A DNA stretch of 61,447 bases from Barthelona sp. PAP020 (GCA_040182905.1 JARQWU010000033.1:1-61447); one strand, 5' to 3'; positions 30,987 to 42,059 are shown, numbered from the stretch's first letter. Made by a program: numbers and translations. Notes: generated by a model not told the origin, from the letters alone.

Positions 30987-33356
30987 ATGCCAAAAGATTA
31001 TTTACATTGTACAGCATATGATCGATATTTAAGCACACACAAACACAGTTCTATTGTATATTCTGCACATATTTTGGTTAAAACGACAGGTATTGAACCC
31101 CAATTATTTTTGATCACAGGAAATACTGAAGGAATGTTAAGAATATGGGCAATTCGAAGATTTAATTCCAAACAAAATTTAATTTTTGAAGAAAAAGTTC
31201 ATAGTTCTGAAATAACCGAATTTTGTATTTCAAAAGAAAATTATTTATTTTCTTCGTCAATTGATGGATCAATTAGAGTTTTTGATCTTAATTTTCAAGC
31301 CAATCGTTTCAACAAAGAGAATTTTCCAGTTCAAACCATTGTTGACACTCCGGGTGCTGTTGTTACTATTTCTTTCGATGATAGACTGAATTTACTGTTT
31401 GCTTCATTCACAAATGGGGACATATATGTTTATGCAATTCAACCTGGATGTGAATTGTTTTTAAGACCCACATATACTTGTTGCAGTAAAATAACAAATT
31501 TAAGATCTTTAAAGCCAATAATACCATCGTCCATTTTAAATTCGGAAACATCTAACACTTCTTCCAACAATAGTGGTGTAATTACTGGTCAATTAACCTT
31601 AAAGATAACAAATACTGTGGAAAAATTATCACAATGGGCTGTTAAAATGAAATTTGTTCATAGTTTGTTGAAAGGTCACAGTGGTTTTTTATTAATTGCT
31701 GATTCTACGGGTATAGTACATGCATTCTACAGTCCTGTTGATCTAATTATTACAAATAATGAGGAAGAAGAAGATATCATAAAACGAAATTTCAAATTTG
31801 TTTTGCTATCGCTATTTAGCTATAAATTTCATTCCATTTTCATATTAGCTATGGAATTTGTGCTTTCTATTCGACAATGCATAACTCTAGGAAAAGATAA
31901 TTGCATGAGAGTCATTGATTTGGAAACAACAGCCGAAATTACGGTTTATCGAGCAAAAGAAAGTTGTAAATTAACTTGTATGACTGTATTACAAGATTGG
32001 AATCTAGTTTTGCTTGGAGATAATAAAGGTAGAATACATATCTTTTCATTAGTTGCACAAACGTTAGTGCAACTAGAAAAGGTATTAAATCATGGGATTA
32101 CTGAACTAAAATATCATGATTTACATTGGCAAGGTATTGCCAAAGATGAGATGTTGATATCTACCAAACATGGCGCTGTAATAACATTTTTTAAATTAAA
32201 GCTTATTCCTGAAACTCATGATTTATTAGACCATGAAAAAGAAATCTTCAGTATTGTTCGTACACATAAGATACATGACACAAATGCGTTGATGTTATCA
32301 CATACTTTTTTGATGCGAATTTTATCAACCTCCTATTCACCTCAGTATTCTTTATTACCCAATCATGGGTTTATTACTGCTGGAAGGGATTCACAAATTA
32401 TTGGTTATGGAATTGATGCTTTGTCGAATCTCAATGTAGATGAATTATTTCGATTAGATTTATCAAAAATAGATGAATTTAAGTTTATCAATTCTTTGGA
32501 ATTAACAGCAGTTTGTGCTATCTATCCATTGGATTGCATTTTGGTTGGTTTTGCGACGGGTGAATTACATTTGATCAGTTCTGGTGAAAAACGTGTTTGT
32601 TTAGAGTCTCCACATCAATCTGTTATAACGAACATTCTTACAGGGGTTCAAAGAGATGAATGTATTGTATTTACTGCTGATTTTGATGGAAACATTGTAC
32701 GATGGATATTTTCAGAAGAAATTCCAGCTCTTTCAAATGAACATTTCAATGATGCCTTGGAAATCACCACATTATGTTTTGATCCCATCAAAGATTGGCT
32801 ATTTGTTGGTGAGACCACCGGAAAAATACATTATTATAATGCGACTTCTCTTGTAAAGCGTGGTTCTCTAAAAGTTCCCTTAATGACTGGTGCAGTTACT
32901 ACTTTATTGATTGACGGATTAACTTTGATTGGATCTTTCAATGATGGATCCATTTCTATATGGAATATTTGTAATTTCAATGTATTGAGACGCATTCAAT
33001 GTGGAAATTCTCCAGTTTGTTTCAATATCATTTGGGAAACAGGAAATATCATTACGGCAAACAGAAAAGGTGAAATAAAGATTTGGAATACCACAACAAA
33101 GGATGTTCTTTGGTCTTTTGTTTGTGATCAACAATTGGTTGCTGTTAATTGTCTTCCAGATGCTGGATTGGTATTGGCAGCAAATTCTGAAAATGCATTA
33201 CTGGTAGAAAAAGTTCCAAAAGAATTTCTCCAACCTCCTCAAAACAACCTTGATATCAAAAGTTTACAATTGACTGAAACAGAATTAGATATTTTCACAA
33301 AATATTTTTCCAGCAACATTTTGATGTCCAAAATTGAAGAAAATAAATTGATGTAA
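30987..33356 (+). CDS. WD40-repeat protein, probably two propellers
   Basis: Many WD units such as LFSSSIDGSIRVFD, FTADFDGNIVRW, NDGSISIWN and KGEIKIWN. Confidence 0.85.
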   Translation: MPKDYLHCTAYDRYLSTHKHSSIVYSAHILVKTTGIEPQLFLITGNTEGMLRIWAIRRFNSKQNLIFEEKVHSSEITEFCISKENYLFSSSIDGSIRVFDLNFQANRFNKENFPVQTIVDTPGAVVTISFDDRLNLLFASFTNGDIYVYAIQPGCELFLRPTYTCCSKITNLRSLKPIIPSSILNSETSNTSSNNSGVITGQLTLKITNTVEKLSQWAVKMKFVHSLLKGHSGFLLIADSTGIVHAFYSPVDLIITNNEEEEDIIKRNFKFVLLSLFSYKFHSIFILAMEFVLSIRQCITLGKDNCMRVIDLETTAEITVYRAKESCKLTCMTVLQDWNLVLLGDNKGRIHIFSLVAQTLVQLEKVLNHGITELKYHDLHWQGIAKDEMLISTKHGAVITFFKLKLIPETHDLLDHEKEIFSIVRTHKIHDTNALMLSHTFLMRILSTSYSPQYSLLPNHGFITAGRDSQIIGYGIDALSNLNVDELFRLDLSKIDEFKFINSLELTAVCAIYPLDCILVGFATGELHLISSGEKRVCLESPHQSVITNILTGVQRDECIVFTADFDGNIVRWIFSEEIPALSNEHFNDALEITTLCFDPIKDWLFVGETTGKIHYYNATSLVKRGSLKVPLMTGAVTTLLIDGLTLIGSFNDGSISIWNICNFNVLRRIQCGNSPVCFNIIWETGNIITANRKGEIKIWNTTTKDVLWSFVCDQQLVAVNCLPDAGLVLAANSENALLVEKVPKEFLQPPQNNLDIKSLQLTETELDIFTKYFSSNILMSKIEENKLM

Positions 33357-33754
33357 GATGTTTTTTTGTTTTTTGTTTGTAATATTCAATTGGAAATTCA
33401 GTGTCTTTTCAAGAAAATGAGAAAATCTAAAGTAACTTTTGTTGTTCTGTTTGTCTAAATGGCAATCAACAAAAGCTTCTTGATATCCTGTATGAATGCA
33501 AATCAGTCAATCATCAGAGTGTGTTCAACGCTGGAATCCTTGTGGTTAAGTCAATTCTTTCTTACTTACCTCAATCCAAGAAGACAGCCTTGCTGAAATA
33601 TTCTCATCCTTTTTGTTTTGAATATTTACAGCAAACTTTAACTGTTAATGGGTAGGTGGACAGTTAGACAGTATTCATTTGCAAATTAATTATTCGAACA
33701 AAAATTCAAGGTTTGAACACATGACCATTTTCAAAAACAATAAAATACAAATAT

Positions 33755-34759
33755 TTACATTACAATATTCTCAATCATCAAAGATATGTTGTCAACAACA
33801 ACTTCCCCAGGTTGTTCAGCCGAAAAGGAACATGTATAAAAAGAGCCATCTGAACATGCTACAAATATATATTCTTTTTCCTTGTCATGTCCAAATCCTA
33901 TGATGGGTTTTGAATCAGAAGTGTGAAAAGATGCAAAAGAAAATTCGGATCCAAAATAGCTGTTGATTTTCTTCAAAAAAGAAAATGAAGATGTTGGATT
34001 CATTTGTCTTCCAACTGAGAAGATGTGGACAGTTCCATGATCACTGCCTACACCCAACCAACGTCGGTCGTTACTAAAAGAAATAGAGGTAATAATTGCA
34101 TTGTCAGCACCCCTTCTCAATTCATGAAGTTGTTCACCAGTTGTTGTATCCCAAACACGAATTAACGTTCCTCTGGCGCTGGCAGTGGCCAACAAACTGC
34201 CATCAATCGACAATGCTAAATATGAAATTGCAGACTCATGAGCTTTGATCACTATACCATCCATATTAAAATTCGATTGAACTATTCTAACTGTACCCAC
34301 ATCAGGAGCTGGAAATGCTAAAACATTGCTTTCCAAACTGGAAGACAATGCAACGATTCCATTAGGATTGTCATATGTTTGATACTGCTTTAAAGACGCC
34401 AAATTGTCTAAATCATGAACACTTACAGTATCTTTCGTAACAGCAATGATTCTATCACGGCGTAACTTCACATTCTTAACATCAGATCTCAAGGGTAAAT
34501 GACCAACAACTTTATTTTGATCATCATCCCATATCATAACTTTATTTGTGGGAAATCTTGGAGACTCGCCACCTCCAACAAGCGCTAATATATTACAACG
34601 GAATAACATTTCAACATGCCCAATACCACCTTCGGGAAATGATCTTTGAAATGATTCTGCAAATGGGTGTGTTTTAAATACTCGAAATCCACCTTCAGTT
34701 CCTATAGCCAGGTGGGTGTGATCTTGATTAAATCCATAAGATAAGATATAGTTTGACAT
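33755..34759 (-). CDS. ATG18: PROPPIN autophagy protein of the ATG18/WIPI family (WIPI3/4-like)
   Basis: EMLFRCNILALVGGG, NKVMIWDD, ATASARGTLIRVW, lipid-binding ELRRG, SDHGTVHIF; ATG at 34759. Confidence 0.93.
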   Translation of the reverse strand: MSNYILSYGFNQDHTHLAIGTEGGFRVFKTHPFAESFQRSFPEGGIGHVEMLFRCNILALVGGGESPRFPTNKVMIWDDDQNKVVGHLPLRSDVKNVKLRRDRIIAVTKDTVSVHDLDNLASLKQYQTYDNPNGIVALSSSLESNVLAFPAPDVGTVRIVQSNFNMDGIVIKAHESAISYLALSIDGSLLATASARGTLIRVWDTTTGEQLHELRRGADNAIITSISFSNDRRWLGVGSDHGTVHIFSVGRQMNPTSSFSFLKKINSYFGSEFSFASFHTSDSKPIIGFGHDKEKEYIFVACSDGSFYTCSFSAEQPGEVVVDNISLMIENIVM

Positions 34760-34833
34760 TAAAATTATTTCTTTATCAATCAAATGACATAAAGAAAAAA
34801 AATTCAACTTTCATATCATTTTTATTTTCAACC

Positions 34834-36477
34834 ATGTCAGGCTCAATATACAGTTTGTTAAGTGTTGGAACTGATTTTTCAAAATCCAAATATTCAAATG
34901 CAACCAAATTATTGGAGAGAAATGAATTGCAGAAAAAGCAATTGTCGAAGTTGGAGAGTGTTTTTGGGAAATCAACCAATGATGAGTTAAATGAACTTGA
35001 TGAAGATCAAATAAGAAAGACTTTTCGCATTAAAGTTGAGGGAGAAAATGTTCCTGCCCCAATTGTGTCTTTTGATGAATTATCAACGGTATTAAATCCT
35101 GTAGTCTTCAGAAATTTAAAAAATTTCAATTTTTCTATGCCTACACCTGTACAAATGCAGGCTATACCAATTTTATCAAATAAAACCAATCTTCTTGCAT
35201 GTTCCCCAACTGGTTCTGGAAAAACTTTGGCATACACAATTCCGATTTTCACATTACATCAGGAGTATAAGGAACAAATAGATTCATTTCAAGCAAAAAT
35301 TGAAGAAAATGAAATTTCTATATTTAGTCTTATTTTAGTTCCCACCAGAGAATTGGGACAACAAATTCTAGCCGAAGTGAAAATGTTAAAGAAAAATTAT
35401 AGTTTCAGAAGTCTCATGCTGACTAAAAAAAATATTAACCCAACGACATTTTCCAAGCATATTGATTTATTGATAACTACACCTTTATTATTTCATCAAT
35501 TATTAACCAATGGATATTCTGTCAAGAATTGTAAGTATGTTTGTTTAGATGAGTGCGATAAGTTATTAGAAGCGCAATTTGAACAGCAAACCGACTTTAT
35601 TCTTCAAAGATTGTTTATTGATAATCCTCAAAGATGTTTGTTTTCCGCATCTTTATCACCTAAAGTTGAAGAGATGGGAAAATTGGCTTTAGAAGAACAC
35701 ACTGAGTTAATTATTGCAGAAAGAAATATTGCTGCTGAGTCTATTGAGCAGAGGTTGACATATACTGGAAGTGAAGATGGAAAATTGTTGGCTATTCAAC
35801 AATTATTGGATGGTCAAGAATTAGTGCCTCCAATAATGATATTCACTCAGACAAAAGCCAGAGCTACTAAATTGTTCAAGGAACTTCAATTAGAACAAAT
35901 AAAAGTGGATATTATTCATTCAGATTTAACCAAAAAACAACGTGAAGATGCTGTCAGAAAGTTTAGAGAGGGTAAAACATGGGCTTTGGTATGTACAGAC
36001 CTTGTTGGTCGTGGTTTGGATTTTGTCCATGTTTCCACCGTTGTTAATTTTGATATTCCTTCAAGTGCTATTGATTATTTACATAGAATTGGTCGTACTG
36101 GTCGAGCGGGAAGAAAAGGTGTTGCCATCACGTTATGGACTCAATCTGACGCCGATTTTATTAAACCAATTGTATCCATCATGAGAAATTCAGGAATGAA
36201 AATTGATGATTGGTTGCTAAATATAAAAGGTCCTTCACAATCATATAAAAGAAAGTTAGCAAAAGAGGGTGTCAAAAGAAAGAGTTTTAGTGATACTCCA
36301 CATTATATTAGAAGAAAAAATGACAAAAGAAAAAATATGATTCGTCAATCAAAAGAAAAAGTTGAACGATCAAAATCTGGCGAAGTTGAAAAAACCGACA
36401 AAGACAGAAGAACTGACAAAAAAAGCACAAAAAGTAAAAAGAATGTTGCCAAAAGAGAACCTGTTTTAAATGATTGA
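34834..36477 (+). CDS. ROK1: DEAD-box RNA helicase ROK1/DDX52
   Basis: PTPVQMQAIP, SPTGSGKT, PTREL, DECD, TGSEDGKLLAI, GRGLDF, HRIGRTGRAGR; ATG at 34834. Confidence 0.9.
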   Translation: MSGSIYSLLSVGTDFSKSKYSNATKLLERNELQKKQLSKLESVFGKSTNDELNELDEDQIRKTFRIKVEGENVPAPIVSFDELSTVLNPVVFRNLKNFNFSMPTPVQMQAIPILSNKTNLLACSPTGSGKTLAYTIPIFTLHQEYKEQIDSFQAKIEENEISIFSLILVPTRELGQQILAEVKMLKKNYSFRSLMLTKKNINPTTFSKHIDLLITTPLLFHQLLTNGYSVKNCKYVCLDECDKLLEAQFEQQTDFILQRLFIDNPQRCLFSASLSPKVEEMGKLALEEHTELIIAERNIAAESIEQRLTYTGSEDGKLLAIQQLLDGQELVPPIMIFTQTKARATKLFKELQLEQIKVDIIHSDLTKKQREDAVRKFREGKTWALVCTDLVGRGLDFVHVSTVVNFDIPSSAIDYLHRIGRTGRAGRKGVAITLWTQSDADFIKPIVSIMRNSGMKIDDWLLNIKGPSQSYKRKLAKEGVKRKSFSDTPHYIRRKNDKRKNMIRQSKEKVERSKSGEVEKTDKDRRTDKKSTKSKKNVAKREPVLND

Positions 36478-36801
36478 GCTTCCTTCTTGCTTTTTTGATA
36501 ATTGTTTGAATAAATTACGGTATTTTAATTTTTTCTTTTTCTTTGTGTCAACCAGAAATATTTTTGCCAAAGTATTCTTTCTTCTTTGTTCAGGACGATT
36601 TGTTTCAGCTCTATACTCTAAATTAAAGCCAATACAAATACTTTCATCCTGTTAATTATCAATCTGTAAATTCCCAAATCTCTTCACTCTCAGCACTTTA
36701 CATTATCCAGAAAAGCTCCTTGAACAAAAAATGAACAAACGAACAAATGCTCAGTTTTTACAAATGACTAAATTAAACTCCCAGAATATACATGGTTCAT
36801 C

Positions 36802-37593
36802 CTATTTTCTACGTTTTGCACGGATTTTTTCCAATTTTTCCCTATCTTCAAGATCCTTCTTTTCCTTTTTCTTCTTTTCTCTCAGTTCTTTTTTCCAATG
36901 AGGCATTCTGGATTTTTGTTTTCTATTCATTAACACACCTTGCATATGTTCACCTTTTCTTGCGGATTTCTCCCAATCCCTCTGATAATGCAAATAAATA
37001 GCCATGGCTGTTCGAGCGTCCTCAATTGAATCATGTGTACCATCTTGAATATGTCTGTCTAAAACACTTAATGCCAATTCTTTTAAACGGGCAGGATATT
37101 TTTCATATTTAAGCAATGGTGGATAGGCAGCTGAATCTCGAATTAAAGTAGGTGGATGACTGATCATCAAGGCCTTTAAATCCCCTCTTAAACCATGACC
37201 AACAAGAAGCCTTCCCAGTATTAAATCAGACACTTCCTTTTGCACCTTTTCAAATGTAGGAGCATTTGCCAAATCAGATGTTTTAATCCCAGTAATTTGT
37301 GAACGTAAATTAGTGATAGATTCAGTTGGTCGAACAAATGAATCATAAACACAATGCAGATTTGTATCGACAATAGAAACCCTGGCCAACATATCTCTTT
37401 CTCGTGCACCAGTTCCAACTCCTACCATTTCACAATCAATAGCCAAAGCCCATTTTGGTTTGTTTTTGTGATCATCATCTGGTGGAGCTTCCACTGGTTG
37501 TCTTTTTGCAACTGTAATTCTTTTAATTGAATCGTCATCTAGTGACTTATTGATGCTTTTGGATGCCTTTGACCAATTTGTCTTCAAACCCAT
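36802..37593 (-). CDS. REX4: DEDDh 3'-5' RNA exonuclease REX4/REXO4
   Basis: AIDCEMVGVG, LARVSIV, LVGHGLRGDLKAL, HDSIEDARTAM; probable ATG at 37593 (alternative 37629). Confidence 0.9.
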   Translation of the reverse strand: MGLKTNWSKASKSINKSLDDDSIKRITVAKRQPVEAPPDDDHKNKPKWALAIDCEMVGVGTGARERDMLARVSIVDTNLHCVYDSFVRPTESITNLRSQITGIKTSDLANAPTFEKVQKEVSDLILGRLLVGHGLRGDLKALMISHPPTLIRDSAAYPPLLKYEKYPARLKELALSVLDRHIQDGTHDSIEDARTAMAIYLHYQRDWEKSARKGEHMQGVLMNRKQKSRMPHWKKELREKKKKEKKDLEDREKLEKIRAKRRK

Positions 37594-37777
37594 AACACAA
37601 AACAAAAACAAAAAATATATGACTTGCATCTCTTGTTTTTCAAATTTAAGGTTCAAACTTAATGAATTAGTTTGAATCAATAAAATTTGTTTGAAATAAT
37701 AGGGTTTGACAAGTTGATTATAGTTTTCTCTTTTTACAATAAGTTATTTTGATTGGAGGATGAAAAAATGATGCACG

Positions 37778-38604
37778 ATGAGTAACGAATTTGTATTAAG
37801 GTGTGATACAGGAATTAAACAGGAATATTTGTCAAAAGAAACATTTTTTGCACAAAGTTGTCAACATGATGAATTTTTGCAAGTTTTTTGGGGGTTAAAA
37901 ACAATATTTGGATTAGCACATAATCATTTGATTCAATATCATTTATTTTCAATGGATGAAAGAATATTGGAGATTGAAAACTTGCCGGAACCACGATTTG
38001 GTGCTGAAATGATCTTTTACAACGAAAAAATATATTTATATTTTGGTGGAACAATTATAATTAAACCTTTTGATGATTTGTGTTGTGTTAACAAATGATT
38101 GTGACATTGGATAGAAATATGTATTTAAATAATCAAATAGAAGAATTTGAAGCGGCAAATATTAATAGAATAGCTGAATTAAAAAAAAAAAAAATCAAAA
38201 AAATATCGCAAAACATTAAAAAAATTGTCTTTCTTTTCAATGAGATCTTCAATCATTCACAATTTATGAGGGAGCCAAATGATATAAATTTGAAGCAATG
38301 TTACATCTTTGTCAAAAGTCTCTCAAAAAAATACGGTCTTTTGACAGTGCCAACAAATTTTTTTCAAAATTTTGAAATTTTATTGTTAGAAATCAGAAAT
38401 GACATTCACTTTGCTGTAAATAAGATCATTTTATTGGAAGACCAATCAGAAAAATATTTTGATTGTCTCTTTCAATGTATGGTTGCTCATGATTGATTTA
38501 AATATTTTAATCGAAATGATCTTGAAAATTTATTGAATAACATTGAAATTTTGGAAGAAACAATTCAACAAATATTAAACATTCAAAAATGCAACAAACT
38601 GTAA
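37778..38604 (+). pseudogene. Disrupted Kelch-repeat plus helical-tail gene (frameshift near 38095, in-frame TGA at 38494)
   Basis: Kelch unit PEPRFGAEMIFYNEKIYLYFGG..FDDL; a second frame overlaps at ATGA and continues 35 codons beyond the TGA to a TAA at 38602-38604. Confidence 0.45.
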
Positions 38605-38802
38605 ATTTTTATGATGAAAATTGAATTTAATCTTTGTTTTTGCTTGAATTCAATTTTTCCTTTTCTTTTTAAATTTTTAAACATTGAAATTAAAAAATCT
38701 GGCATAAATTCTCATATTACAGAGAACTGCATGACATTTTCCTCTTGACAATTGGGTAAATTCTGATTTCTTCCATTATTTTCTTTTTTTCCAACGAAAT
38801 TG

Positions 38803-39534
38803 ATGGATGATTCAGATTCTTTTTTATCGGAAGATGAAGATAATGGCTATCTTGTTGAAAATAAGCCAACCTTCAAAGAGAGTACCAAAGAACTAAACAT
38901 TTTGAAAAAGGATTTACAAAATCAATTGCAAAAAAATAGCGAAGAACGATACAAATTGAGAAAAATGGAATTTTCACATATTCAAAACAAAATTGATGAA
39001 GATATTCATAAAATAGTTGAAAAGGGAGATTATTCATCTGGAGATGAAATTATTACTGATTTTGAAGATGAAGATGATGAAATGAATGCTTATTTAGCTT
39101 GGAGATCCAGAGAATTACGTAGAATTTTAAAAGAACAAGGTTGGAATTATGAATTTTTAAAAAATGAAAAGGAAGTTGAAGAAATAAGAAAGTTATCAAT
39201 AGAAGAATTGGAATTATTAGAAGAGCAAAAGAGAAGTACTGAATTGACTGATGAAAGTAAAAATAATACAAAAATGAAATTTATGCAACAATATTTTACC
39301 AGTGATACATTCTTTATTGAATCAGAAAAGGATTTAACCCAACGAGAAAGAGAATTGTTCAATAGAGGAGTTGAAACCACCGCTACGGGATTAGAAGCTG
39401 AAGTTCATAAGGAACTATTACCAAAAATTCTTCAAAAACGGTCACTTAATCAAAAGAAAAGATTGGGAACAAAATACCGCAATATTCGCGAAGAAGATAC
39501 TTCATATTCCAAGGACAATCCTTTTGATTCATGA
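38803..39534 (+). CDS. MFAP1: MFAP1/Spp381-like spliceosomal B-complex protein
   Basis: DEDDEMNAYLAWRSRELRRI, KMKFMQQYF, KELLPKILQ and GTKYRNIREEDTS match the MFAP1 C-terminal domain. Confidence 0.85.
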   Translation: MDDSDSFLSEDEDNGYLVENKPTFKESTKELNILKKDLQNQLQKNSEERYKLRKMEFSHIQNKIDEDIHKIVEKGDYSSGDEIITDFEDEDDEMNAYLAWRSRELRRILKEQGWNYEFLKNEKEVEEIRKLSIEELELLEEQKRSTELTDESKNNTKMKFMQQYFTSDTFFIESEKDLTQRERELFNRGVETTATGLEAEVHKELLPKILQKRSLNQKKRLGTKYRNIREEDTSYSKDNPFDS

Positions 39535-39812
39535 GATTTTCTTTATCTAAACTGTTCACTTAGTTCTTCTTGAAAATTTTGGTCAATCACACTTTTTTTT
39601 TAAATATTTATCTTCTAGCCATCTTATTTTTATGGTAAAGTCTTATGATATAACGTTTGTATTTGTGGAACATAAAGAAGAAGCGAAATTTCATTGTTCA
39701 ACAATTTTTTTTTTCAATGCACATGATATCATTTGTTGTTTTGTTTCAAGAAAATAATCTTTTAATATCTCCAAAAAAATAGAAAATAATAAATGAAAAT
39801 TAACACTTTTAC

Positions 39813-41945
39813 TCAATTAACAAACAAATTATCAAGATATTCTTTTTCAAAATCAACTAAATGCTCCAAAATTTTTTGATCATTATTTTCTTCTTTGTTT
39901 TTGATTGAATGTTTAACCTCATTTTGCAATTCTTGAATAAACCCTGTAAATTTCATATTATTTCTGGTTTCACACATTTCATTAATCAAAATGGGAATAC
40001 ACTTTGGAGGTAACTGGACATACAATGGTTCAGAAAACAATATTAACACAATCAGATGAAATCTTTGTCTAGGATCATTGCAATTTTTTAAAATAGTATA
40101 ATATTGACATAATTTATCTTTAGAAAACGCAACAAGATTTTTTTGGGAAAGAGAAGGTAAAAAGAAAGTTTGTGAGTTTTCCTCAAAAAAAATTAAAAGT
40201 TTTTCATAAAATTCATCCAAATATTCTTCCTTATATTCAATTTTTTCAATAGTGCTTCTTTTTAAAGCTTTTTTTGATTTATTTTTCTTTCCTTTTTTAT
40301 TTTGATGTTCAACTTCATGTGTCTCAATTCTTTCAAAGGGATAACCTTGTGACAATCTGAACAAACCTTCTAAATTCATCTTAACATCATCAATGTAACT
40401 TAAAGAACTCAAAATTTCATTTGATGAATATGAATGGTCAATTTCAAAAACAGTGGGCAATTCACCTTTTCTTTCGAATCTAGCAGGAGCAGCAAGCAAA
40501 TCAGAAATAATACCAACAACTCTCTGTGCTAATTTAAAACAATATTGTCTCAAATCCTCGATACTTTTCATCTTATCGTATGCAATTAAAAATTCCATCA
40601 TTGCAGCAGTGGTATTTTCCTTCCATTTATTCACAGACTCTGCTAAAATCTTTTCTACAGAAACATGATGAGATTTAATGACATTTTCATAATAATTTTG
40701 ACAACTCTTCAGACAATACTCGTATAATTGCTCCTTGACATCATCATCATATATTTTGTCAAAAAGAAGACCATGATAAACAATGAGATCCATTAATTGA
40801 GGCCAATTTGAATCAACTGACTTATATTGAGGATTACTTTCAACCAAACTTAAAGCTTTTTCATCTATAAACCCTTCAAATTCAACTTTGGCCAAATTTA
40901 AACATTGAGAAGAAAAAATAATGTCTCCCAACAATGTAACGTCCTTTAAAGACGAATCCCACAAGCTAATCAATTTTTCACCTTGATGATGTGTTATATT
41001 TTGCCCAAAAACTTGTGCAACACTAACATATTGTTGTGATTCTAACAAGTCTACAATTGTTAAAAAATGCTCATCTAATTTAATTGGAGAATAACCAACA
41101 GTATCAATAATATGTAAATCCTTAAAATCAGAGAAGCTTTTACCAAATTTAAGCAAATAACTTTCATCAATTCTGCCTGCTTCAACTATTCTCTTTTCAA
41201 TTAATTTTTCGCCAATTTTATTAAAAATATCTGGAATATATGTTCCAGATCCAAATGACCCAACAATTTTTCCTGGTAATTTTGAAGAATTAACAATATT
41301 TTCAACAGATTTCGAAAACACAAAGTTGTCCATATTCATGGCTTTACAAGCTTTAGATAAAGATAATGGTGTTATGCACCCCATTAATTTTCCAAATATT
41401 TTTTTTTCACAAAATTCAATGTATATTTGAGTGTATATTGTATTTTCCGATATAATTCCAAATATATTTTTATTTAATCGTTGATTTATAATTTGTTTAG
41501 CAAAATTTAAAGGAATTTGGGCATTAGAAGAAATGCTTAGCAAATCTAAACGACCTAAAGCAAATAATTGTTCATTCCATGAAATACATAAATTATTCAA
41601 ATATATATCACTGATAATTTGACCTTCCAAAAAGGAATAACAATCATTTTCTTCACAAATATCATTAATAGCCTTTTCAATCAACCAAAAATCAACATTT
41701 AATAGAGAAACTAGATCAATAATATTCAGTCTACCACCACTAAGTTCAATTTCATCCTCAATTTCTCTCTGTAAATTTTTGTAAGTGAAATATTCTCTTC
41801 CATCTCTGGTATGATGCAATTCAATAATATTTAATTGTCTTAATCGAGAGATTATTTCAATACAATTTTCTTCAGATATTTTTTGAGTGATGACTTCAGC
41901 TTGTGCTTTGTAAAATTCTTCCTGTAATAGTCTTAATTCATCCAT
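39813..41945 (-). CDS. UFL1: E3 UFM1-protein ligase 1
   Basis: N-terminus QKISEENCIEIISRL..ELHHTRDGREYFT...EIEDEI..SGGRLNIIDL; TYIPDIF; basic KKGKKNK insert. Confidence 0.9.
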   Translation of the reverse strand: MDELRLLQEEFYKAQAEVITQKISEENCIEIISRLRQLNIIELHHTRDGREYFTYKNLQREIEDEIELSGGRLNIIDLVSLLNVDFWLIEKAINDICEENDCYSFLEGQIISDIYLNNLCISWNEQLFALGRLDLLSISSNAQIPLNFAKQIINQRLNKNIFGIISENTIYTQIYIEFCEKKIFGKLMGCITPLSLSKACKAMNMDNFVFSKSVENIVNSSKLPGKIVGSFGSGTYIPDIFNKIGEKLIEKRIVEAGRIDESYLLKFGKSFSDFKDLHIIDTVGYSPIKLDEHFLTIVDLLESQQYVSVAQVFGQNITHHQGEKLISLWDSSLKDVTLLGDIIFSSQCLNLAKVEFEGFIDEKALSLVESNPQYKSVDSNWPQLMDLIVYHGLLFDKIYDDDVKEQLYEYCLKSCQNYYENVIKSHHVSVEKILAESVNKWKENTTAAMMEFLIAYDKMKSIEDLRQYCFKLAQRVVGIISDLLAAPARFERKGELPTVFEIDHSYSSNEILSSLSYIDDVKMNLEGLFRLSQGYPFERIETHEVEHQNKKGKKNKSKKALKRSTIEKIEYKEEYLDEFYEKLLIFFEENSQTFFLPSLSQKNLVAFSKDKLCQYYTILKNCNDPRQRFHLIVLILFSEPLYVQLPPKCIPILINEMCETRNNMKFTGFIQELQNEVKHSIKNKEENNDQKILEHLVDFEKEYLDNLFVN

Positions 41946-42059
41946 AGATAATCGATTTTCCTACTCTTAGTCCAAAAATGAATTGATAAACAGATAAAAA
42001 AAATATTGTCTCAAACAATTTCTATTTCATTTTTTTTTTCCATTTAAAAAAGAATAACT

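Noticed and set aside
38718..38770. U6 snRNA-like TACAGAGAA...GCATG
   Set aside because: Lacks the GATTAGC catalytic triad context and a convincing internal stem-loop; probably chance
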